A stretch of DNA of 64,000 nucleotides from Bacteroidota bacterium (GTDB lineage Bacteria; Bacteroidota; Bacteroidia; Palsa-965). The stretch's first letter is position 1. Every line of letters starts with the position of its first letter. The position numbers and the translations under genes were made by a program. The stretch is from NCBI GenBank assembly GCA_006218065.1, contig VBWE01000002.1:10154-74153 (forward strand), written 5' to 3'. Below the pieces are notes generated by a model. It had not been told where the DNA came from. It did no database searches and saw only the letters and a program-made list of their open reading frames with translations. Shown here piece by piece: positions 56,509-64,000 of this stretch.

Positions 56509-57687
56509 TTATCGGATTTTCTTCAAGAGTTCTTCCGTCCCGGAGACATCGGAAACGCCTTCAATTTTTGCCAGCCGAATTGCTTCGCGCGCAGATTTCT
56601 CCGCATCTTCTTTCCGGCCGAGCGTGTAGAGAAGAGCGGCATACGTGTCGGTATTGGCATAGGCGGCGTGCATGTCGATGGATTTTTTCGCCCACCCAAG
56701 TGCTTTGGCGAGATAGACGGTATCGCTCACCTGTTTATAGAACGCCCATGCCATATTATTTAACCCCCAGATATCATTCGCAGGCATGTGCTGTTCGACA
56801 AACCGCGTGGCCGTTTTTGCATAGGCGTTCCAGTTTTTTGTACGCTCGTAATACGAGATATCCATGCCAGTCAAAAAACGGTCGGCATTCGGCAGCTTGA
56901 GCGCAAGAACATCACTCCGGAGTTTCAGATAGCCGAGCGTATCGACCGGTTTTTTTTCAAAGAGCGTATTTCTCATTGCACCCCGGTACACGCGTTCAAT
57001 CACCAACGCGACGGAATCAGCCGTGTAACGGTTTTCAAAGGCAGACCGGTGGGAGCAGAGATATTGGAAAGAATGTGTATTCGGGTCTGACACAAAATCA
57101 CGGAGTACGGTCCAGCTTTCCCGGTTGAGGTATTCGGTCTCGGAAAGTGTGGCTAAAAACGCGTTCGTTTCCTCTTCTACCGGCAGGCAGCAGGCGCGTT
57201 TCATGTTCATATAGTGGATAAGCTCCTTCGCCTGCATCTTCCCTGTTTCATACTGTGTTTGGTATGCGGCAAAGCATGTTTGCGGAGTACTGGTTTTCTC
57301 GCCAATAGCAACAAATGGCGCGACCAGATATGCTCCGCTGACCCTATGGATAAGCACTCCTTTCTCGTCGAGAAATAGATATGTCGGGAAGCAGCGCACA
57401 TCGTACCGCTTGGCGATCTCGATTCCCTCTCCTTTTTCCATGTCGAATTTGCTGGAGATAAAATGAGTGTTGTAAAACTGCGCTGCCGTATCGTTGGCAA
57501 AGACATTTTTGTCCATCCACTTGCACGGCCCGCACCAGGTTGTGTAGCAGTCGAGAAAAACAAGTTTGTGTTTCGTTTGCGCTTTCTCAAGCACGCAAGC
57601 GAGTGAGCCGCTTTCAAAGCGGATTTGCGCGGAAAGGGATGCTACAAGGAGCAGCAGGGCGAGGATAAAGAGAGATCGGTTTTTCAT
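56509..57687 (-). CDS. secreted thioredoxin-fold protein
   Basis: The product has a signal peptide. ..FLDCYTTWCGPCKWMDKNVF.. carries a CxxC thioredoxin motif. The C-terminal half is helical and TPR-like. Confidence 0.7.
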   Translation of the reverse strand: MKNRSLFILALLLLVASLSAQIRFESGSLACVLEKAQTKHKLVFLDCYTTWCGPCKWMDKNVFANDTAAQFYNTHFISSKFDMEKGEGIEIAKRYDVRCFPTYLFLDEKGVLIHRVSGAYLVAPFVAIGEKTSTPQTCFAAYQTQYETGKMQAKELIHYMNMKRACCLPVEEETNAFLATLSETEYLNRESWTVLRDFVSDPNTHSFQYLCSHRSAFENRYTADSVALVIERVYRGAMRNTLFEKKPVDTLGYLKLRSDVLALKLPNADRFLTGMDISYYERTKNWNAYAKTATRFVEQHMPANDIWGLNNMAWAFYKQVSDTVYLAKALGWAKKSIDMHAAYANTDTYAALLYTLGRKEDAEKSAREAIRLAKIEGVSDVSGTEELLKKIR

Positions 57688-57783
57688 GGCTTTCTATGAT
57701 TTTGTGCGATAAATCTAACAATTATTCTATAAAGTGAGATATATCTCACACATTTATTCTGTACTGGATAGATTTTTGTTTGT

Positions 57784-58014
57784 GTGAAGGGCAAGAGTTC
57801 AAAACAGTTTCGAAAAGCGCTTGGGCAAAGGATTCGGGTACTCCGGAAAAGCCAGAAGATTTCCCAGGCTCAGCTTGCGTATGAAGTCGGTGTTACCCGC
57901 GAGACAATCGTGTATATCGAGCGCGGAGTACAGAATGCGACGACGGATGCGATCTACAATATTGCGGTTGCTCTCGGCATATCCATGAAGGAATTGCATG
58001 ATTTTGAGTGGTAG
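57784..58014 (+). CDS. XRE-family HTH transcriptional regulator
   Basis: ..LGQRIRVLRKSQKISQAQLAYEVGVTRETIVYIERG.. Confidence 0.75.
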   Translation: MKGKSSKQFRKALGQRIRVLRKSQKISQAQLAYEVGVTRETIVYIERGVQNATTDAIYNIAVALGISMKELHDFEW

Positions 58015-58108
58015 CCTCCTTTCTCTTTTAGTGATACAAGAATAACGAAAAAACGAACATGTAGCGTATGCGCTACAATAAATTTTATGCGATCAGGAAC
58101 TTCAATTC

Positions 58109-58351
58109 GTGAATGCGTCAGACAAGAAGTACCTGTGTGCGCTTGGAAAGGCTATCCGCGAACTGCGGGAAGCTCAAGGAATTTCTCAAGATCAGCTTGC
58201 ATATGAAAGCGGTCTCCACCGGACGACTATAAATCGGATTGAAAACGGTCACTTCGATGCTGGTGCGTTAGCGCTTCGCGCAATCGCCAAAGCACTCAAT
58301 GTTCCGACGACCGGTGAGATTTTCTTGTTTGAGAAGAAGGAGGGGAAATAA
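58109..58351 (+). CDS. XRE-family HTH transcriptional regulator (paralog of 57784..58014)
   Basis: ..LGKAIRELREAQGISQDQLAYESGLHRTTINRIENG.. Confidence 0.75.
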   Translation: MNASDKKYLCALGKAIRELREAQGISQDQLAYESGLHRTTINRIENGHFDAGALALRAIAKALNVPTTGEIFLFEKKEGK

Positions 58352-58354
58352 AAA

Positions 58355-58384
58355 AGCCCCCGGAAGTAAAATACTTCGGGGGCT
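58355..58384 (+). terminator. stem-loop terminator after XRE genes
   Basis: agcccccggaagt-aaaat-acttcgggggct has a perfect 12-13 bp stem. A weak T-tract follows. Confidence 0.55.
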
Positions 58385-58811
58385 GACAATTAACGCATCA
58401 GTCTAACCAAAACCAAGAGGTCGCTGAGAGAAATACTATACACTATTGCGTATATAGATGTCAACAAATGTTAAACGATTTTAAATTGGAGAAATAATCG
58501 CATTCAAACCTAAACCCGCTCTCACCGGCGGGATTTTTATTTTATAACGATTCCCGAGGAGCGCAAGCGCATCGTTCACCTTTTTCCCGCCAAGTTTCTT
58601 TTCCTGATCGTCCAAGAACCTTTTTGGTCGGCAAAGATATTTCCTGCCTGGTCGGGAGCAAGGCAGGATGAATGAGGCTCGAAGAAAACTCCGTTCCCCC
58701 TCTGGAGGGAACCCACGAACTTTTCTTCGACCTCGCCTTGCACCCTCATGTCAGCGCACGTAAAAGTGGGCCTTCAAAAAAAGGTTCCCCTGGCGACAGG
58801 GTGAAGAAAAA

Positions 58812-59282
58812 ATGAAGGCCATGAAAAAGAAACAATTTGTCAGCGATGTTCAACTCACCTACCAACGGACCGACATTCCGACGGTCAAAATTCTCTCATC
58901 CTTTGATGCCGTACAGCCATGTATCGACCTTATTCCAAAAGGACAAATCGCGTTACGTGAATTCTTCGGCACGCTTCTCCTGAATCGGACAAACCACGTA
59001 TTGAATCGCTGCCTGCTTTCCTCGGGAGGCTCCTGCTCAACAGTCGTTGATATCAAACACCTGATGCAATACGTCATTCTTTCCAATGCAGTTGGGATCG
59101 TTTTATTTCACAATCACCCGTCAGGAAATGTCCGGCCCTCTGCCCAGGACTGCAGCACGACAAGGCAGATCAAAGAAGCCTGCCGGATTTTCGATATCAA
59201 TCTGCTCGATCACATTATCCTTTCAGGATACCCGCTTGAAGATCCGGGCTTCTTCAGCTTCTCGGATAACGGGATGCTGTAA
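58812..59282 (+). CDS. radC: RadC-like JAB-domain protein
   Basis: ..VVDIKHLMQYVILSNAVGIVLFHNHPSGNVRPSAQD.. is the JAMM/RadC signature (HNHPSG). Confidence 0.85.
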   Translation: MKAMKKKQFVSDVQLTYQRTDIPTVKILSSFDAVQPCIDLIPKGQIALREFFGTLLLNRTNHVLNRCLLSSGGSCSTVVDIKHLMQYVILSNAVGIVLFHNHPSGNVRPSAQDCSTTRQIKEACRIFDINLLDHIILSGYPLEDPGFFSFSDNGML

Positions 59283-59381
59283 GGTGGTTCATTTTATATA
59301 CCGCGGCTCGATCTTTGAATCGAGTCGCGGTTCGTTTGTATCAGCAATTAAACTATTTTGGTAATACCTATAAGAAAACTC

Positions 59382-60050
59382 ATGAGAACGATTTTATTAT
59401 TCCTCCTGGCAACAACACTTCTTTGTACAGGTACCGGCGCGATTAATAAAGAAAAACCCTGTTCGGAAACGTTTAGTGGAAAAAGGCGTGAAATAGTAAA
59501 AACAAACATTGCAAGCGGAGTACAGACAACAATTACTATTTCCGAACTATATAACAGGCCGATGCCGAGTGAAAAAACAATGAAAGAAAAGTATAAAGTG
59601 ACCGATAAATCTGGACGGAGTGAACCGGAAAAGGAAAACGTAACAATTATCTGCTGGTTATATACCTATGTTCATGAAGGAGATGGTGACTATCATCTTA
59701 TTATTGGAAGCTCGTCGGACAAGGATAAAGCGCGATTTTTTAGTGCAGAAATATCTGGCTTACCGAAAAAGACGTCCATAAATTATAAATATTACAACCA
59801 GCTAAAAAAAGCAAGGGACCAGTTTAAATCGCTTATCGCAGATTATTCACCATGTCCTTCGACATACGTCCAAAGTCTTTTCGATAAACCCATGAAAATT
59901 GAAGTTACTGGAAATCTTTATTGGGATACCGAGCATGCTGGTGGTAGTTGCTGCTCGGGAACAACAAGAAAGAAGGATGGGTTTGTATTTAAATCAGAAT
60001 CACCTTGGGAAATTCATCCTGTAACAGAGATTCATCCCATTGAAGATTAG
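59382..60050 (+). CDS. secreted hypothetical protein
   Basis: The product starts with the signal peptide MRTILLFLLATTLLCTGTGA. No recognisable domain is present. Confidence 0.5.
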   Translation: MRTILLFLLATTLLCTGTGAINKEKPCSETFSGKRREIVKTNIASGVQTTITISELYNRPMPSEKTMKEKYKVTDKSGRSEPEKENVTIICWLYTYVHEGDGDYHLIIGSSSDKDKARFFSAEISGLPKKTSINYKYYNQLKKARDQFKSLIADYSPCPSTYVQSLFDKPMKIEVTGNLYWDTEHAGGSCCSGTTRKKDGFVFKSESPWEIHPVTEIHPIED

Positions 60051-60093
60051 AAAAACAATTCTAAAATGATTAAGAGTAGAGCAGGTAGAAACG

Positions 60094-60621
60094 TTAAAAC
60101 CAATTGAATGATTTTGTGTTTGAAAGCCTGAATGTCATAGCCTGACTGCTAACGTTAAAGAGGTTTGCCAACTCTTGGATTGAACCCTCTTCGGTTAAAT
60201 CGTAGTTGTGATTCTTAATTTCCCGAAACAATATTTTTTCAGGCATCAGCAAAGCAGCAGCAAATGCATTGGCTTCTTGTTCTTTTCGAATTTCTTTCGT
60301 GGTAGACTTTTGGCTCCTAAATTCAACTCTAAATCCTTTATCAATAAAAAGACCGCCGATATTTCCATGTAGAACGAAATGGCCAAATTCATGAGCAATA
60401 GTAAATCGCTGTCGTAATGTCGATTCGTTTGGATTATATCCAATAATGCCAACACCATTACTTATTACCAAAACTCCCGAAACATCTTCTCCTAAATCGT
60501 AGGGTTTGACCTCAAGTCCATAGCTAGTTGCAATTTTGTCAACAGGTATAGGGAGTTCATTAATTTGCAAATCATCCAGGATTTTTGCGGTTTTTCTTTC
60601 AATGGCTGATCTGTCATTCAT
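60094..60621 (-). CDS. ImmA/IrrE-family metallo-endopeptidase
   Basis: The HEXXH motif is ..FTIAHEFGHFVLH... It follows an XRE gene with a 2-bp gap. Confidence 0.8.
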   Translation of the reverse strand: MNDRSAIERKTAKILDDLQINELPIPVDKIATSYGLEVKPYDLGEDVSGVLVISNGVGIIGYNPNESTLRQRFTIAHEFGHFVLHGNIGGLFIDKGFRVEFRSQKSTTKEIRKEQEANAFAAALLMPEKILFREIKNHNYDLTEEGSIQELANLFNVSSQAMTFRLSNTKSFNWF

Positions 60622-60973
60622 GGCGCACAGAGATTTGTGTATGAACGTGTTCGATGAAATCAATTAGTTGCTCTTTGGAGCGTTTTCCGATATTAGATTC
60701 TTTGACGATTCGTTTTTGTATTTCAGAATTTGCAACTTCTGAAGTAGTAAAGCCTGGGAGCAGCTTTGCCACATCTATTTTAAGCACTTTTGCCATATCC
60801 CACAGTGTATGAGTCGGAGTATGTTGTCTCCCCTTTTCGATATTCACTATGGACGCTCTGCTAAGCTTGAGTAATTTAGCAAGAGTTTCTTGCTTTAAGC
60901 CAGCGGTAACCCTGGCAGTCTTGATGTGTGCACCAAGGGCTTCATAAAACCGTTTTTGTTCGGAAACAGTCAT
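60614..60973 (-). CDS. XRE-family HTH regulator (ImmR-like partner of ImmA)
   Basis: ..LGAHIKTARVTAGLKQETLAKLLKLSRASIVNIEKG.. Confidence 0.75.
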   Translation of the reverse strand: MTVSEQKRFYEALGAHIKTARVTAGLKQETLAKLLKLSRASIVNIEKGRQHTPTHTLWDMAKVLKIDVAKLLPGFTTSEVANSEIQKRIVKESNIGKRSKEQLIDFIEHVHTQISVRHE

Positions 60974-61387
60974 TACTAAGGATTGGTTGGGCAAATATAG
61001 GTAAAAGTTGAATATCGCAAACTGTTTGTATTATTTTACTTTTGTAAAATTGATTATTTGCAGTATTTGACATTTTAAAAAAAAATTATATTTTTGTTTC
61101 AACACCACTATTGTTAAAGATAACGTATGAATGTGAAAATCCCCAGATGGTGGTTCATCCAGGGATTTTAGGAATGCAAACAGTTGGACTTTGAGCAAGG
61201 CAGAGCCTTGTGCATTCCCCTTTTGTTACGCGAGTAACGGCACAAATATAACGGCGATTATTTGCTTAGCAAATAAATCTGCTGTCGTATCTGGCCCGGC
61301 ACAACAAAAGTATCCATCAAAGCTGCCGGGATCAGTCTCTTCCCGTGATTTTGAGGCATATTAATTAAACTTCAAATCTGTAAAAAG

Positions 61388-61612
61388 ATGGCGAAGAAAA
61401 ATGTGCATGTAGTTCCCCGCGGTAAAAATTGGGCCGTTGTCGGAGCCGGAAACGAAAAAGCAACTGCGGTGACAAACACCCAGGCTGAAGCAATCAAAAT
61501 TGCAAAGCCTATTGCGAAAAACCAGCAATCTGAACTTGTCGTTCATGGCACCGATGGCAAAATCAGAGAAAAGAACTCATACGGGCCAGATTCCTTTCCA
61601 CCGAAAGGATAA
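61388..61612 (+). CDS. DUF2188-family small protein
   Basis: MAKKNVHVVPRGKNWAVVGAGNEKATAVTNTQAEAIKIAKPIAKNQQSELVVHGTDGKIREKNSYGPD.. matches the DUF2188 pattern recalled from memory. Confidence 0.65.
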   Translation: MAKKNVHVVPRGKNWAVVGAGNEKATAVTNTQAEAIKIAKPIAKNQQSELVVHGTDGKIREKNSYGPDSFPPKG

Positions 61613-61698
61613 ATGTGAAAGGTTAAATTATAGAAGTGGGCGTTAGCCTGCTTCTATTTTTCTTTTTAATTAAATCGGCAAACACAAAAAGCAAACAC

Positions 61699-62100
61699 AT
61701 GAAAAACCTATACTTAATTCTTGATATTACCGAGGGAGCGACTGTGGACGAAATAAAGAAAGCTTACCGCGCACTCGCAAAGCAACACCACCCGGATAAG
61801 AATAATGGCAGTAAAGAATCGGAAGAACGTTTCAAGAAGATTCGAGAAGCCTATGAAATCTTGAGTGACGAGGACAAAAAGAGAGCATATGACTTCGAAC
61901 TTGCGCAGGCTCGTCGGGCCGAAGCGCAGGCGAAACGATATTCAAGCAATAGAACCGGATCAGCCAATACACATGGGATGCCATATCCCTCAATACCAAA
62001 ATTCAATTGGGGTGCAGCAGTAGCATTCTTTTTAATCTTTATTGCAATTGCAGCAGCATTCGCATCGGATGATAAACCCTCAAACTCAAAAATCGGATAG
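61699..62100 (+). CDS. J-domain (DnaJ-like) protein with C-terminal transmembrane anchor
   Basis: The J domain carries an HPD motif (..DEIKKAYRALAKQHHPDKNNGSKESEERFKKIREAYEILSD..). The C-terminal TM helix is ..WGAAVAFFLIFIAIAAAFA... Confidence 0.75.
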   Translation: MKNLYLILDITEGATVDEIKKAYRALAKQHHPDKNNGSKESEERFKKIREAYEILSDEDKKRAYDFELAQARRAEAQAKRYSSNRTGSANTHGMPYPSIPKFNWGAAVAFFLIFIAIAAAFASDDKPSNSKIG

Positions 62101-62102
62101 TT

Positions 62103-62942
62103 ATGGTATTTGTTAAACAAATCGGGAAGGGCGGACTTGGAATCGTCCAACTCTACAAGCATGAAAGAAGTGGAAATCTTTATGCTGTGAAGCGCATGCA
62201 GTGCGCCTGGGATAACAACCACTTTGAACGGTTTGTTCGTGAGATTAAACTCATGGCGAATCTCGTGCACAAGAACATCATGAAAATTTTGAAGCATGAT
62301 ATCGAAAACACAAGCCCATACTACATTATGCCGTTCTATAAAGAAGGAAGCTTGCGAGACCGGTTGAATGACATGAGCGGCAAAGGGAAAGTGTTTTCTC
62401 AGGAAGCTGCTGCATCAATCATTTTTGTTTTAGCTGAAGCGCTTGCCTATTCACATAAAAAAGGTGCTATTCATAGGGATTTGAAACCCGAGAACATCAT
62501 GTTTGAAGGAAGAGAGCCCATAATTGCAGATTGGGGCCTTGGAAAGTTTATTCACCGGGAATCAAAAGTACTTACAGGTGCCGGGTTAGGAACTCCTTTA
62601 TACTGTGCTCCCGAGCAATGGAATTACGGCAAGGCAGACGCAAGGTCTGATATTTATTCATTAGGGAGAATATTTAACGAGCTCCTTACGGGCAATATTT
62701 TTGGGCATGTAGCGAATGATCGGTTGCGGGCAATCATTAAAAAAATGACTCGAGAGAATCCGAATGAACGATACCAGAATATGGACGAGGTTATTGTTGC
62801 GATCAAGAACCTGCATGTAGTGAATGAAGAAGCCCCAATGGATGCATTTTGGGAAGGCTTGTTGATTGCCGGTGCTGCTATTGTGGCGGCAGCAGCAATA
62901 GCAGGGCTTCTCGCCTGGGCTTTTGGTGATAACTCCAATTAA
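62103..62942 (+). CDS. Hanks-type Ser/Thr protein kinase with C-terminal transmembrane anchor
   Basis: The glycine-rich loop is IGKGGLGIV. Also present are the catalytic Lys in AVKRM, the HRDLKPENIM catalytic loop, DWG in place of DFG, and APE in GTPLYCAPE. The C-terminal TM helix is ..LLIAGAAIVAAAAIAGLLAWAF... The start is 3 bp after the J-domain stop. Confidence 0.8.
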   Translation: MVFVKQIGKGGLGIVQLYKHERSGNLYAVKRMQCAWDNNHFERFVREIKLMANLVHKNIMKILKHDIENTSPYYIMPFYKEGSLRDRLNDMSGKGKVFSQEAAASIIFVLAEALAYSHKKGAIHRDLKPENIMFEGREPIIADWGLGKFIHRESKVLTGAGLGTPLYCAPEQWNYGKADARSDIYSLGRIFNELLTGNIFGHVANDRLRAIIKKMTRENPNERYQNMDEVIVAIKNLHVVNEEAPMDAFWEGLLIAGAAIVAAAAIAGLLAWAFGDNSN

Positions 62943-62983
62943 TAGGTAAGTGTAAAAAAGTAATACAATCCTAAAGCATTTTT

Positions 62984-64000
62984 ATGTCCATATCCAATAT
63001 TCCCGACCCTGTTAAATTTATTCTTTGGGCAAAGGCAGCAGGTCGTTGCCAATATGAAGGATGTCCGAAAATCCTGTACTTGGAAGATTTCACAAAAGCG
63101 GAATTCAATCAGGCTTATACCGCACACATAATTGCCGATGTGCCGACTGGTCCTCGCGGCGATGCAGTGCTATCTAAAAAGTTAAAGAAGGATATATCTA
63201 ATCTTATGTTGCTCTGCGATGCACACCATCGGTTGATAGACAAAGTAGATATAGCAGGACATCCCGTTGAACGTTTGTGTGAGATGAAACAGCGACATGA
63301 AAAAAGAATGGAGCTGCTTACTGCAATTCAAGAGAGTAAGCGGAGCCATGTTCTAATGTACGGGGCAAACATCGGGAAGCATGAAACTCCCCTTACTAAA
63401 AGTGAAGCCCATTTGGCAATGATACCTGAACGATATCCTGCAGAGGCAAATCCTCTTGAGTTAGGAATGAAAGCAAGCTCGCTCGAGGATCGAAATGAGA
63501 TTTTTTGGAAAGTGGAAGAAGAGCATTTGCAAACACGCTTTCAACAACGTGTCTCGCCTTTAAAGGGTACTCATGAAGTACAGCATTTCTCTGTATTTGC
63601 GATGGCTCCTCAACCGTTATTAATCAGGCTCGGCACGTTACTTTCGGATTTGTATCCCGCAGACGTATATCAACGACATCGGGAGCCAGCTACTTGGAAA
63701 TGGCAGGATAAGGCCGATGTCGAGGATTTCGAATTGATTGAGCCGACTGATAAGAGTGGTATACCGGCCCTTGTCTTTGCCCTGAGTGCAACCATAAACG
63801 ATGATCGCATCACGACTGCACTTGAGAACAAAGCTTCTATCTGGAAAGTCATGGTATCGAAGCCCGGGAATAACTTTCTAAGAAAGAAAGACCTGCTTGA
63901 AAAATTCCGAATGCGGACAAGACATCTTCTGAATGAAATAAAAGCTCACCACGGAGAGTATGCGAACATTCATGTTTTTCCCGCTATGCCGGTTTCTACA
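62984..64000 (+). CDS. HNH endonuclease-domain protein with C-terminal uncharacterised (possibly SAVED/CARF-like) region; partial, continues beyond window
   Basis: The frame is open for 339 codons from ATG 62984 to the window edge. It is not in the ORF track because there is no stop. The N-terminal HNH motifs are ..GRCQYEGCPK.., ..AHIIADVPTGPRGD.. and ..NLMLLCDAHHRLIDK... The C-terminal ~200 aa (..HFSVFAMAPQPLLIRLGTLL..IHVFPAMPVST) has no confident assignment. Confidence 0.7.
   Translation, partial: MSISNIPDPVKFILWAKAAGRCQYEGCPKILYLEDFTKAEFNQAYTAHIIADVPTGPRGDAVLSKKLKKDISNLMLLCDAHHRLIDKVDIAGHPVERLCEMKQRHEKRMELLTAIQESKRSHVLMYGANIGKHETPLTKSEAHLAMIPERYPAEANPLELGMKASSLEDRNEIFWKVEEEHLQTRFQQRVSPLKGTHEVQHFSVFAMAPQPLLIRLGTLLSDLYPADVYQRHREPATWKWQDKADVEDFELIEPTDKSGIPALVFALSATINDDRITTALENKASIWKVMVSKPGNNFLRKKDLLEKFRMRTRHLLNEIKAHHGEYANIHVFPAMPVST

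Larger units (their letters stand above)
42814..64000. mobile_element. integrative genomic island inserted at 3' end of tRNA-Asn (extends beyond window)
   Basis: Composition shifts to AT-rich immediately after the tRNA. A tyrosine integrase and a Xis-like HTH lie adjacent to the tRNA. The cargo includes a sigma factor, Dam methylase, second recombinase, RadC, ImmR/ImmA and DUF2188. No attR-like repeat of the tRNA 3' end is visible within the window. Confidence 0.75.

Noticed and set aside
58812-59282. RadC as evidence for a conjugative element
   Set aside because: RadC-like JAB proteins are common on many mobile elements. No tra, mob or T4SS genes are present in the window, so the ICE assignment was not made.
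1-64000. CRISPR arrays and rRNA genes
   Set aside because: No short direct repeats interspaced by unique spacers were seen. The only regular tandem repeats are the 219-bp coding repeats in the adhesin and the 72-bp intergenic pair at 5.2 kb. No rRNA-like conserved stretches were seen.

Overview
This 64-kb window looks like a Bacteroidota chromosomal segment. Several secreted proteins end in T9SS (Por) C-terminal sorting domains, and TAnnTTTG-type -7 promoter motifs are present.

Two compositional regimes are visible. The GC-rich core (1-9.1 kb and 14.3-42.7 kb) carries housekeeping and envelope genes: dut, a sugar nucleotidyltransferase, a Wzx-like flippase, YceI and PhoH. It also carries a 2275-aa T9SS adhesin with 13 tandem 73-aa repeats, a T9SS polysaccharide deacetylase, a histidine kinase, two tandem paralogous T9SS proteins and a flotillin/NfeD pair. 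An alpha/beta hydrolase, AraC, an MFS transporter, a TPR-PP2C phosphatase and a PfkB kinase complete the core.

The two AT-rich regions look horizontally acquired. The first is a ~5-kb insertion at 9.2-14.3 kb bounded by imperfect inverted repeats. It carries an IS1595-family transposase, a tightly overlapping operon of three unknown small proteins, and an XRE repressor next to an SDH-family Clp-fold serine protease. The second starts directly after a tRNA-Asn(GTT) gene at 42.8 kb and runs to the window end. It contains a tyrosine integrase with a Xis-like HTH, a sigma factor, an orphan Dam methylase, a second small tyrosine recombinase beside an inverted-repeat-flanked 74-bp segment, and a NYN nuclease. 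An operon on it encodes an outer-membrane protein, two lipoproteins and a T9SS-tagged subtilase. Further cargo includes RadC, an ImmR/ImmA pair, and at the far edge a DUF2188, tail-anchored J-domain, tail-anchored Ser/Thr kinase and HNH-nuclease cluster. The HNH protein has a possible SAVED/CARF-like C-terminal region (Cap5-like) and continues beyond the window.

No rRNA, CRISPR array or obvious pseudogene was seen. All domain calls rest on motif recognition by eye, not database searches.
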